A stretch of DNA of 63,979 bases, counting the filler, from Reticulomyxa filosa (Eukaryota > Protista > Foraminifera), in assembly GCA_000512085.1 (NCBI GenBank). It is 23 parts of 23 records of this genome, joined end to end, with 100 filler letters (N's around TTAATTAATTAA, not from the genome) between each part and the next. Parts side by side here need not be neighbours in the genome. Positions count along the whole stretch, not along the records: positions 1 to 2,500 come from ASPP01027254.1; positions 2,601 to 5,456 come from ASPP01004997.1; positions 5,557 to 9,363 come from ASPP01007926.1; positions 9,464 to 14,798 come from ASPP01001642.1; 19 more parts are not named here. One strand, given 5' to 3'. This document shows, one piece after another, positions 1-12,067 of the stretch. The position numbers were made by a program, and so were the translations under genes. The notes under the pieces were generated by a model. It saw only the letters and a program-made list of their open reading frames with translations. It had not been told where the DNA came from and made no database searches. Positions within the stretch are counted from its first letter, which is position 1. Each line of letters opens with the position of its first letter.

Positions 1-867
1 AAAACAAAATAGCCAATGAAATGCATAACCCTATATCTTTTCCAGCACAAAATTATTGTTGACATGAGCAGAGCAATGTGCAAATATGTACACAGGTGAT
101 GATGATGCAAAAAGAGAATTAGGCGGTGAAGATTATGCAGAGCATGCGGATTGTTGTTTTCATTTTTTTTTTGTTTGATCATCAATGATTTAATTTCTTA
201 ATTTTTTGTAGTTTATTTTAAATTGAATATTAATTGAATTATTGTAATTTCAATATTCTGCGATCAGTTTCAAATAACTTGAAAATTTGTTTAGTTTGAC
301 TCATATCGATATTAATTTACAATAGGCATTTTTTTTTTGTATAGTGATTTCAGCTGAATTAACTAATACACAACTAGCAAAAAGATGTTGTCAGGATGAG
401 TGTTCCCATTAGATTCCACGTTTTTGAAGAGATTATATCCTTGTACCAATAGCAGTGTCTTCAGAAAAAGTGTCAGATTAGGCACCACGGATGATCACGA
501 CAAGCTGTCAGCCACGTCAGCGGGATGAACAGCAGGGTAAACATGCAATTGAGTAAAACGTTAGTGCGTTGTGCAAATATCTCAACTTCTTTAATGTGTA
601 TAATAGAAGAAAGACTATCATGCACAAGCATGAAGGGGGAGGATAGAAAAAAGTTCGTCAGAATAACAAATATGTATATGTGGAAACATAAATTAGTAAT
701 ATATGAATAAATAAATAAAAAGTTTATCAATTTTGGGAAATAAAAAATGGAAAGTCATTTTTTTTATTTAAGATGATGCTAATGAGTTAAACACAGTAGA
801 CGGGTTCTGAGAATAAAAAGTTTTTTTGATGTTGTAATCAATGATCTTTTAAAGTGAGGAAAAGAAA

Positions 868-1620
868 ATGACGAAAAAAAGTGAGTCATTGTGGTGGGTG
901 TTATGTTTTAGCACTTTGGCTGTGTGGACGGTACTGGTAACGACTAACGTCATGGACGCATGTCCGTTGGATGACCCTTGCATTGGGTGCAACCAAGTAC
1001 AAACTGTTCGACAGAAGACTGTGTGTACGTGACGATATCAGCAAATGGACACAACATGGACGTACACAACGAGAAGTTGTTAGTGGAGAATAAACTGAAA
1101 GGGTTGACGAATGTAATCACACTCAAATATTGCGTAGTGTTCCACGACAACACATTAGATTATTCTTGCAACGCTGACACATGGCACGCTCGAACACAAG
1201 CAAGTTGTTTGAGTTTTCGCAAGAATGTATTCCAGTCACGCATTTTCGAATAACGTCAGTACTTCCCCTCGATCAACAAGTATACGTAAATCAAGATGAT
1301 ATGATTACCATCTACTTGTTTACCGCCGTGGGAAACCTGTGCAAATGGCCTTTATGACCTTTGTCAAGGTACTGACGCAGTATATTTTTAAACTCACTCC
1401 AGAGTAAACTCAACTGCACTTATCGCATTTGTGATTATACATATAAAACCCTGCTCGGTTATAACTTCATTCCACAAGAACTATCTGCCTGGACCGTCTT
1501 ACCAGTTCCTGCTCTACTTTGGTGGCACTGAGACCACATCACAACGTGTTACTGTCTCTTATAGCCGTTTGCTCCTTACTGACACTTTTTTAAAAAAATT
1601 TGTGGTCTTATATATCTGTA
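868..1620 (+). pseudogene. Decayed gene, possibly for a secreted protein
   Basis: ATG at 868 opens MTKKSESLWWVLCFSTLAVWTVLVTT (signal-peptide-like). Coding-like GC continues but all frames are broken by stops. Confidence 0.3.
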
Positions 1621-1987
1621 CATGTTCCAGGTGATTCATGATTTTTTTAATGAATGTATCTTTTTAAATTTTTGTGTATGTTGTTTGAAATATGTAAACT
1701 AATTGTTCATTCTTTTTTCTCAATATTTGATATTTTTTCATTGAATTCGTCATATTGACAAAAGAAAAAGTGTTGTCCCCTTTTTTAAAAAAGGAAAAGT
1801 TGCTCAGCCAATTGTTCGCCAAAAAGAAAAAAACATCATCCGTTACTTCATTCCATTCAAGCAACTTGACAAAATTTTTAGTTAAAAAAAAACTCGAAAA
1901 ATTTTTTTAGTAAAAAAAACTCTAAAAATTTTAAACACCCCTACATCTTAATTTTTATCACAACCGTCAAGTGGAAAAAGTTAAAAC

Positions 1988-2500
1988 ATGAGTAAGAGAA
2001 TAAAAGCAACAATTGCTGATGCTCTAAGAGCAAAACAAAAAAAAAAAGAAAAGTTTCTAGTAAACGAAACTTCAAGATCAAAAGAAAAAAACAAAGAAAC
2101 ATATGAAAAGATTTATACAAATAAAACTTTAAAAGCAAAAAAAGATAATGAAAATGAAGAGCTGAATGCAATGAAAGAAAAATTAAAGCAACATTACCAA
2201 TCACAAGATAAGTTGGCCCCATTATTCGATGATCCTGGACAATCCATTGATACTTGCTACATTCGATTGGCCCTTTTGACTCAACAACAAAAAGATAAAA
2301 TGGTCAACAATCAAGAAAAAGAAAAAAGTGAAGAAGGTGAAAAACATGATGATTATAAAGAAAAAAATGGAAAATGGATAAATTCATTAGACTATTCATT
2401 AATTTATGGAAATCAAGCTGAAAATATTGAATTGCAAGATATTTGGAATGACAAGGAAAATGAATCAAAAATACGTCATATTAGTATTCGAGGAGAAGCA
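1988..2500 (+). CDS. NACHT/STAND NTPase protein, N-terminal part (3' truncated at the Walker A)
   Basis: LAPLFDD..SIDTCYIRLALL..IELQDIW..RHISIRGEA is the typical lead-in to a NACHT P-loop (hhhxGEAGxGKS). It is cut by the spacer. Confidence 0.7.
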
Positions 2501-2600
2501 NNNNNNNNNNNNNNNNNNNNNNNNNNNNNNNNNNNNNNNNNNNNTTAATTAATTAANNNNNNNNNNNNNNNNNNNNNNNNNNNNNNNNNNNNNNNNNNNN
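2501..2600. other. Artificial contig spacer N44-TTAATTAATTAA-N44 (first of 22)
   Basis: Identical 100-nt spacer with a stop-in-all-frames core. Also at 5457, 9364, 14799, 18254, 19752, 21624, 24153, 25690, 26880, 30087, 31385, 34164, 38675, 43134, 45478, 50828, 55419, 56994, 59022, 60266 and 62880. Confidence 0.99.
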
Positions 2601-2949
2601 TACAGCCGCAGCCCTATGTTCAAAAAAAATAATAATTGTGTACACTCACTCCAAAGAAAAACTTCGGTGTTGAAGCCACTCCGCATCAAAAAAAAAACTG
2701 AAAAGGTTTACATTTATATTTATTTGTATTTTTTTATAAAATGTCTGATTGTGCTTTGAATAGGCATGCACCCACAAAAAAAAATGTTTGAACCCTCCCC
2801 GTGCAAAGAAAAAAAAATAGAAAGATTGGAAATAGAGCTTTTAGCTCCTAGCAAAAGTTTTTTTTTTTTTTCTTAAAAAAATGAAAAAATTTTATTGTGG
2901 ATGTGTTAATAGGAGTCAAGGTCATAACAAATTGTAAATTTTTTTATTT

Positions 2950-3310
2950 TTATTTTATTTGAATAAGGAAAATGTGGGGGAAAAGAAAAAGGGGGGCAAA
3001 AATTGATTGGAAAAAAGGGGGTGAAAAATGGGAAAAAAGTGAATGAAAATTTTTATTTGAAGAAAGAAAAAAAATGAAAAAATGAAAAAAGAATGAGAAA
3101 ATAAAAATGAAAAAGATTTTGGAAAATGAAAAAAAAAACAAACAAAAATGGCAATTTGAAAAAAGTAAAAAAAGATCAAAAAGAGAAAAATAAAAAAGAA
3201 AAAGATTAAAAGAAAAAGTAAAAAAATGAAAATGGAAAAGGGAGGGAAGAAGAATAAGAAGAAGATGATGAAGAACGAGCAGCGGCGACAACAATAGCAA
3301 CAGCAGAAGA
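2950..3310. repeat. Purine-rich (A/G) low-complexity tract
   Basis: About 350 nt of almost only A-runs with G/T interruptions. The overlapping Phe-rich minus-strand ORFs are spurious. Confidence 0.8.
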
Positions 3311-3659
3311 AATTTGAGTGCGCATGCGCTTTGGACAAAAATTGAGCGATCGCATGCATTGTGTTTGGCGAACAAGCACCGATTATTTTATCTGGATCTT
3401 GGTGCTTCCAGACGAGAAAAAAAAAAAACTTGGTGAATCGTGCAAAATGGAACGATATCAACATTTTGGAGCCGCAACGGTGGCAAGAAGTTGAAGGCAA
3501 GTAAGAAAAGGACGAGGAAATCGTCAGAAAATACTCTCAATGTGATCGATCGAATAGCATTCGATGTGAAGTTGGTTTAATTTGGTAGAGGGGTTGTGCG
3601 AAACCCTGTTAGCATTGGCAGCAAGAAAGAAGATGAGGACGATGAACAGAATAGAAGGA

Positions 3660-5440
3660 ACACAGAAGCCACATCGGGTTGGATTTATTTTTTTTAAAAA
3701 AAACAATTTACAGGCCTTGCTGAGGTTGCGCGTTTCCATATATGAAGAGTAAGTCCACGCTCTCGAGTGGCAACTTTGGTTATGGAATAACTTCAATAGC
3801 GCGTCCATATGGAAAACAAAGAACACTCTCAGCACGAAACAATTAAAAAACTTGTTCGCCACCAACGTAGACGTTCAAAAGTCTATGCAAATAATTGTTG
3901 GTGCAGCAAAGCACCAAAGACGACTTGAGATATACATGAACAAAAAAACAAGTGAAACTCGGTCGTTATGGAAACGGCGCTAATTTACCAACTCGGAAAA
4001 AAAATAGAAATTTGTCTTATACGTACGCACATTCGCAGTTTTGGATTTTGAATTGTGAATATTTGGTCATAAGCATCGTCATCGACGAATACATCCAAGA
4101 ATGAAAAAAAAAAGAATGGTACTTGTTCACTCACTAGATCGTCAATCGAAACGTTGGATGTAATGGAAATGGTCGTGCAAAGTGTATCTCTCATTACAAT
4201 GGCGCGATGGTTTTCAACTGCAAAATCCATCCACTCTGGTGGAACAGTTGGACACGGACAATCTGGATATTGTTGCCAACGAACAACGAAAGCAGGATCG
4301 CCAAGAAGAAAAAAAAATGTGGTAATATCGCACAAAGTGATGTATGAGTTTTGAGACACCAGCAAGCAAGAGAAGAAAGATAATCTCAAAGCCACATTGC
4401 GTTGGATTTGTTAAAAATAAACGATACGTATATCCGGCTTTCTGAGTTTGTATTATGGAAATTATCCTTTGTATCTGGAAACGCGCAAAATCGCCACTTG
4501 CATGCGTGGACTAATTTCTCATCGCGCAATCCAATGAAAGATGCAGAACGATGTATTGAAAGAACTTGTTTGCCATCAACATCGGGCGCACATAAGTCTA
4601 TGCGAAAATTGTTGACTTGCAAAGCGCCAAAGTGGGTGTCGAACTGCGACCTACATGCGCCAAAACACAAGTGGAACTATGTCGTTATGGAAATGGATAT
4701 AATTTTATAAACACAAAAAAACAATATAAACTAGTCTTGTGTATGCGCACATTCGCAACTTTGAAGTTTGATCCTTGCATATGCTGAATGAATGAATCTT
4801 GAGCAACGAATACGCCCAAGAATGAAAAATGAATAAATAAGAATCATACTCCATCATTCATTAGATCGATATCGAAACGTTGGATGTACTGAAAACGTCT
4901 GCGTAAAATGTGTCTCTCATCACAAAGGAAACGATACTTTTCAAGTACAAAGTCTATCCGCTATAGTTGGAATAATTGAATAAGATTTTTCCAGATCAGT
5001 CCAGAACAATTGGGATCTAAATAACAAAAGCAAGCTCGTTACAAAGAAAAAAAAGAAACTAGCTCTTCACACATGCGAGTGGCGACTTCGTGTTTTCCAG
5101 ATATGCAGTACCTTCCGATCAAAAATAATGAACAAATGTGTCTCAATGTCAAGTGGTCGTAAACACGGACAATTGGAAAAAACTTATTCGATATTAACAT
5201 AACATAGGTGGCACACAAGTCTATATGGACAATTGTTGGCTTGGCACATCGTCAAAGAGGGTGTTGAACTTCGATCTACATGTGCCAACAACAAATGAAA
5301 CTCGATTGTTATGGAAATGGTGCTCATTTCATTAAAGCACAGCAACAATCGAGTTTCAGATATTGGGAACTTGTGTCGAAACTGGCCGTGTGCGTGCGCA
5401 CATTCGTGACTTTAAATTTTGAATCGCGCGCATGTGTTGA
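3660..5440 (+). repeat. Three diverged tandem units of about 620-720 bp (decayed internally repeated gene)
   Basis: Shared anchors: AAGTCTAT 3879/4594/5217; GTTATGGAAA ~3965/4684/5308; CGCACATTCG 4026/4746/5397; AAGCCACATxGxGTTGGATTT ~3666/4389; TCGAAACGTTGGATGTA 4146/4872. Confidence 0.8.
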
Positions 5441-5742
5441 TGGAGGGGAGGGGGGGNNNNNNNNNNNNNNNNNNNNNNNNNNNNNNNNNNNNNNNNNNNN
5501 TTAATTAATTAANNNNNNNNNNNNNNNNNNNNNNNNNNNNNNNNNNNNNNNNNNNNTTTAGGTATGTCAGTTTTTTTTGCAATCTACTGTAATAACATTA
5601 AAAGAATATGTATGTGCAAATACACAGATATGAAGGTTCCACGAACGTAACAAAGTCACTACAAAAAGAAATGTCTTCGATTATTTTTTAAAAGTTGCAC
5701 TTTCTTTGTTAAGCAAAAATCATTGGTTCTCCCGAAGGTGTC

Positions 5743-7834
5743 TTATCCACGTATATGAATAATGCCATTGAACGATCCATAACATAGGCTACAGTGGTTG
5801 TCTTCATTTTGTTTGCTTACTGTATTGGTTTGCAAAGGTAAAAACTGAAAGCATATTATTCCACGGTCTCTGACAGCATTTCCTTTGAAACCTAGAGATT
5901 GTTTATTTGCTCGGACGTCCCAAAAGCGAATCGTATTATCAAGTGATCCAGAACAAACTATGTCACTGCCATTAGTATCAATATCTACGAATTGCGGATA
6001 TTCAACACAGTATACCCAATTTGTATGTCCTTTGAAGACGTTAGTTTCTTTTCCAGTTCGAATGTCCCACAAACGAACAGTTTTATCTTCTGATCCAGAT
6101 AGTATTCTATTAATATAAATACTACTTATTCCACATGGTGAATATTTTACACACTTTACTGGACCATCATGTCCTTTGAAAGTAATTAATTCTTTGGCTG
6201 TTTCAACATCCCATAAACGAATTGTTTTGTCATATGATCCAGAACAGATAGTATATCCAGCCCCAATACTTTGACTTGTAGTCTTGGTCATGTTCGGTGA
6301 AAATTCAACGCACCAAATGTAATTGGAATGCCCCTTAAAAATGTTTAGTGATTTAGATGTTTCAACATCCCATAAACGAATAGTATTATCATCTGATCCA
6401 GAACATAAATAACGGCCATCACTAAATGGTGAAAATTGAATACATGCGATACCTTTAGTATGTCCATTGAGCACTTGAATTTCCTTGCCAATTTCAAAAT
6501 TCCAAAAACGAATAGTTTTATCATCTGATGAAGAACAAATGACAAAACAACGATCACGAATGTAATGATAAGGTGAAAATTTCACACAATACACGTCAGT
6601 GGCATGTCCTTTGAAAATACTTAATTCTTTTGTAGTTTTTACATCCCATACACGAACTGTTTTGTCACGTGCTCCAGAGCAGAGATACTGTCTATCATTA
6701 AATGAGGAATAGTCTATGCTCAATATTTTATTACTATGTCCAGTGAAAGTCTTGATTACTTTGGAAGAACGAATGGAATTAAAAGAGACTATTGGGGATC
6801 GTTTCAATGCTGAAAAATAGAAATTATCATTTCCGTTTAATCCTTGTTCTTCTTCCTTTTCTTTTTCTTTATTTTCAGAGTTCAAAAGCTTAACCAATTG
6901 CTCATTTTCCTGTCTCATTTTCGTATTCTTTTCTTCTAAATCTTTAAGCAACTCTTCATTTTCAAATTTTCGTTGGAACTCAGATAGAAGTGTTTTAACT
7001 TCATTGTCTTTCTCGATAATTTGTTTTTCTTTGAATTGCAGATATTCTTTCAAGTTGTTGATTTCATTGTCTTTGTTTTGAATACTTTTCATTAACTTCT
7101 CAATTTCAGAAATGATTGTTTGCTGTTTCGGTAGAAGTGCAAACAATTAAATTTAACATGACAAAACAAAAAATTATATAATTTTTTTACAAAATAAAAA
7201 ATATAACTGGAGAAAGATTGGAAAATTGGAAATCATTTCGAGATTGAAAAAGTTTTTCTGTGATAGATTGAATTAATTTCATCACCAATCCAAAATGAAA
7301 TTCCATAGCAGATATCAAATGCTTATCTAAATTACTTCTAAAACAAGCATGAGTGCATCCAAAGGGTTTAAACCAACAATCAAGTACTTTCAAAGGGCAC
7401 ACTTTATTCAAGTGATCATTCAATTGTTTCAACATGCCTTTAAATTCACAAACCCTGACCATTTCAACTGTTTCACCTCCTTTTGTCGCATCGGTCTCAC
7501 ATTGTAATGGACACATCACAATCAATTCATCAATCTGTTGCTGAGCCAATTTATTTTTTAAAAAGACGCTGTTTTCATGCGGCTGAATAGGACATGAATT
7601 CTGATTGTCTTTAAGATATTGCTTCAAACAATGTTCTCCGACAATCAATGATTCTTTTATGTCTTCATGTTGGGGACAATGAGATTCCAAAGCATTATTG
7701 GCCACTTGCCTGCAAATCAAACAAATATAATGACTAATTCTCCCCAATTCATTTGTTTGCAAAATCCATTTTTTGTCGAAGCAGGACTGGCCAAAAGAAA
7801 ATAATGTCGTTCTACTTTTTGGCTTTTCTTCCAT
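5743..7834 (-). CDS. RING-like/TRAF zinc-finger, coiled-coil, WD40-repeat protein (TRAF7-like architecture)
   Basis: Exon 7834-~7200 has CLIC..C..H..GEHCL..CP and TRAF-type fingers (CEFKG..LNDHLNKVCPLKVLDCWFKPFGC..LDKHL). Exon 7146-5743 has a coiled coil, then about 7 WD repeats (GH...CSGSxDxTIRLWD). The short intervening intron is not resolved exactly. Confidence 0.88.
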
Positions 7835-10056
7835 CTTTTCTTTTTGTCACTTCTTTCTTATTTATATGGAACAGTGATTTCGCTTCACAAATGTTGCTGA
7901 GATCACCTGCAAGAAAAAAATTAAAAAATGAAAAATGATTGAAATTTTGTTTTTTTTCAAAATCAATAAATGCAGTTCCTTTCAAAAGGAGACAAGATCA
8001 TGACATCTTCAACATATCAAATTTCATTTTGCTTTTTGCAAAAATATATCTTAAATTACTTTAGTTGGAGGCCAAAAGATATGTTTATCTAAAATAGCGT
8101 ATTATATTATAGTACAAAAAGTGATGTAAATATCAAAAAATGCTATTTATATTCAAAGGAGTATATTACATTTGATAAAATTAATGACTTGACAGAAACA
8201 AAAAATAAAAGAAAAAAGTGAATAGATAGTTGTATTTTTCAAACAGTTGCTTAATATATTAATTTGTTAAATTTTAATATTTGAAAATATTGTATAAATT
8301 TATTCGTTGATTGTGATGAAATCGTGACCTGTATTTCCAGCTTCATCCTTATAATGTGCAATCTTTTTATTTTTCTTTCAAATGGTTTATTTTCATCTTC
8401 TCATTAAAAAATAATAAACATTGTTAAGCTTAATTGTATCATCAAAATATTGTGTTGCTATTGAAAAAAGTCATATCTTTTTTACATCATCTAAGAAATA
8501 AAAAAAAATATGGATGACAACTCTTACAGAAAAAGAAACTTCAATTTAACTTTCATTTGTAAGTTGCTCTGGTTGCAAAGTCAATGTTAAAATCACAATT
8601 ATTGACAGTCTCAAATTTGAATCGCTATTATGCTTTCAACAATTTTTTAAAAAGGGATGAAGAAAAAATTTATTCAGGTTGTAACAGATACATATGTGCA
8701 TACATATTCTTTGCATACACAAATGATCAAGGCTTCTCACACTAAACTCCAATAATCCACTAATGACACAATTGTAGTGTACGAAAACATATTTTTTCCA
8801 TTTTTCACCGTCTTCCAAATGTTAAATTCTAAACCATCGTATTTATTGACAAAATAAATTGCTATAAAAACTAAATAAAACCAGTAATTCACTTAAACAA
8901 TGATAAAATCACTTTGCACCGCAAAATTAAACAATTAAATTTAAAAAAATATAATTTTGATATTTAACAGTCAAACATATCATTCATAATTTCAAACTAA
9001 ATGCAATATCTTGCAACTTAAAAAAAAAGGCGCAAATAAAAAAAAAGTAAAGAATGAAAAATAAAATTTTTTAAAATTTAATTTTGTATTCTTTCCTTTT
9101 TTTTTTGTTATGAACATTAATATATTAATATATTACATTCATATATGAATATGTTATGAATATTATGAATTTCTATTTGTAAAAATAAATAAATATATAT
9201 TATTTCTGTATTAAAATGACTAAATAATTAAATTTGAATTTTTTTGAAAAAAATGACATTATAGATTAAAAAAAATTTTTAAGTATGTGTAAATTTGGAG
9301 TATATATAACATTTGATATATTATATTTATTAACTACAGTAAGATAAAAAAGAAAGTTGACACNNNNNNNNNNNNNNNNNNNNNNNNNNNNNNNNNNNNN
9401 NNNNNNNTTAATTAATTAANNNNNNNNNNNNNNNNNNNNNNNNNNNNNNNNNNNNNNNNNNNNCGTATTACATTTAGTGAAGCTCTTCACCGTAGACTCC
9501 CCACAAAAAGCAAAAAGAAATAATTTTTTGTTTTAAATTTTGTCACTTTTACTTTTTTTTTTAAGAACAATGTTCAGTAAAAAAAATATATACATTTTCA
9601 TGTCAAAGAAAAAGTTGTCGAAATGTAATTTTTTTTAATTGATGCCGTTTTAATTAATTTTGTTAATGCATATTTGAACTGCTACTAATATCCCTATACT
9701 TACTTGATCGCAACACTTGAAAATTTTGTTATGACTGTCAAGCAAGTGATGAGTGGATAGCAAAAAATATTCAGCAATGAATGTACCAATACAGTAATAA
9801 TATTATTGTCATTGCGGTGGTTGCCGAAACAAAGCGAAACATTTTGCAAATGACACGACAAAGTTGACCAGATCCTTTTATTCGTGTAGAGATTTAACAT
9901 TTAATTTGATAAGATTTATATTATCAAACAATTTGGCCTTTTTGTTTCGGTTTGTTGACATTCAAAATAAAAAAAAAGTGGAAAGATATTTCGGAGTAAT
10001 TTTTCAAATGTAATTTCTTAAAAGTACTGCTGTTTCTTTTTTTAAGTAAAAAAAAA

Positions 10057-11609
10057 TTATGGTTGGGCAAATCCCATGAGTACAATGCCATCAGGTGTGA
10101 CTTGCAGACTGTCAGGATTGAGTTCATGGTTTTGTTCATCATCACTAGTGTGATGTTGACTGGAATGGTTGGTGGATAATGAAGAAGGAGACGGATCAAG
10201 ATCAGCATGTGAAGGCTCCAATATCGAAGCAGAAGGCAAAGAGGGCAGATTATCTACAGAATTGACCACTTTTTTAGTTAAAATAATGAAATATGTTTGA
10301 GGAGGATCTGGACAATAAAGAGGTTCACTTTGTGACCGTGCCATGGAGATCTTCTCTTCCATCTGATGATGATCCTTTGGTCCAGCCTTTTGGTATTGTT
10401 GGCTATGGCTGATAGTTGAAATCGTGTTGCGATGGCCAGTGTTACTACTTGAATGTTCATGTGACTGACTATGACAAAGTGGTGACGTGATAGTGGACCG
10501 ATGTGTAGTACTCCAATCACCCATGAGTGTTTCTCCAAATGGAATATTATCTTCTTCATCGTTTTTCTTCATGCCATGACAATCACGACTATCCACCAAG
10601 TGGCCCGACGACCCTGGAGCACTACTACGTTTTGCTGAGGAAGCAAACCCGAGCAGTAACACGGCCCCACTGGCATCCACCAGTCGTTGTTGCGGCAACG
10701 GATTGTCGCCGTTGCCAAAAGGGGTGCATTCCACGCTCGTTCCCGGAACAGCATTGTCTTTGTCCGATTGTTTTTTTCTCGATTGTAAGGAACTAGATCT
10801 CAACAATTGTTTGGCTCGACTGTCTTTGTTTCGCTTTTTGCGAAGGCGACTGTATCGCTGTATGTCCTCAATACTTGTGTCTTGAGTGTCTTCGTATTCA
10901 TTCAACCCTGGTGTTGGTGTTGGTGTTGGTATTGATGTCAACATCATCTCTCCTTTCGTTTTGTTGTTATTACGTAAGTGTTGATAAATGTCCTTTCCTT
11001 CTCCTTCTCTTGGCGTCTTTGTTGTACTTTCTCCCCCTTCTGTGCCTTCTTTCATGTCGCTGCCATTTTCCGTGTCTCCAGTAGTGTCCTGTCCTTGCTT
11101 TTTCATTCGCTCATTCACCGCGATTGATGCTTTTTCCAATAATTTGTCTGTCATTTGTCTTTTTAAAAAATTTTTTTTTTCCACTCAGTCTCTTGTCTTG
11201 CGATTTTGCGAACATGTTTTTTTGTTGGTTTTAACAAAAAAAATAATCTTTGAATTTAATTCAATCTATTTGCAATGGCTGTTTAGGGGGGAAATAGAGT
11301 AAGCATAGAAATTGAAAGAAGAAATGAAAAACGGAGAAAACACAAAAACAAAAACATAACAACATAACAATCGCTTTTATACAATTTTTAAAAGGAACAG
11401 AAATCTATATTCAACTGGAATGTTTTGTCGTCCACAACAAATCCGTATATTCGTCTCAAATCCTCACGCAATCGTTGCAAACGCTCCTCAATCACTAAGA
11501 TATCACGTGTTCGAAAAAATTCGTCGTTCCTCACCCCTTCAATCATTAAGCCTTCCATTACCCGTTGAGCCTCTTCAAAGGTTATCTCATTTTGGCGGTC
11601 AAAGGCCAT
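10057..11609 (-). CDS. Hypothetical multi-exon protein with long Ser/Thr/His-rich disordered C-terminus
   Basis: A 375-aa open frame (10057-11184) plus an upstream coding-like exon MAFDRQNEITFEEAQRVMEG. No recognisable domain. Confidence 0.5.
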
Positions 11610-12067
11610 GAATTCAAACTGAAAAAAATAATAAAACAATAAAAATAATGTAAAATATTTTCTATGTAACAATTCACATCAAGTTTAGAGCGAAAGACGT
11701 CCCTGTTTTTTATAACTTGCATTATTTATTCCTTTAAAAAAATGTGTGATAAAAATAGGTAAAATATTAAAATTTGCATACTGTGTGAAAAGACTGTAAA
11801 GAGCTTTCTGCACGCATTTAGGTTTCAGAAAAAAAAAAACCAATTTGTCAGTGCGTAAAAAAAGAGCTGTTGAGTATGAAGTTTGTAAGAAATTTTCCAA
11901 CATTTGTACAAACATGACAAGTGTTTGTTTGTAATTGGATTTGTGAAAACTGTAGATGTACACCCACACAATTGGAAACTTGTCCACGTTTGAGGACCAA
12001 ACTTTAAAAAAAAACATAAACAAATGAAGATCTATTCTTTTAAAATTTAAGCTTGCCTTGACTGTGT

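Noticed and set aside
2950-3500. Phe-rich membrane-like ORFs on the minus strand, and similar Tyr/Ile-rich ORFs over TA repeats
   Set aside because: They are translation artefacts of poly-A tracts and intronic microsatellites.
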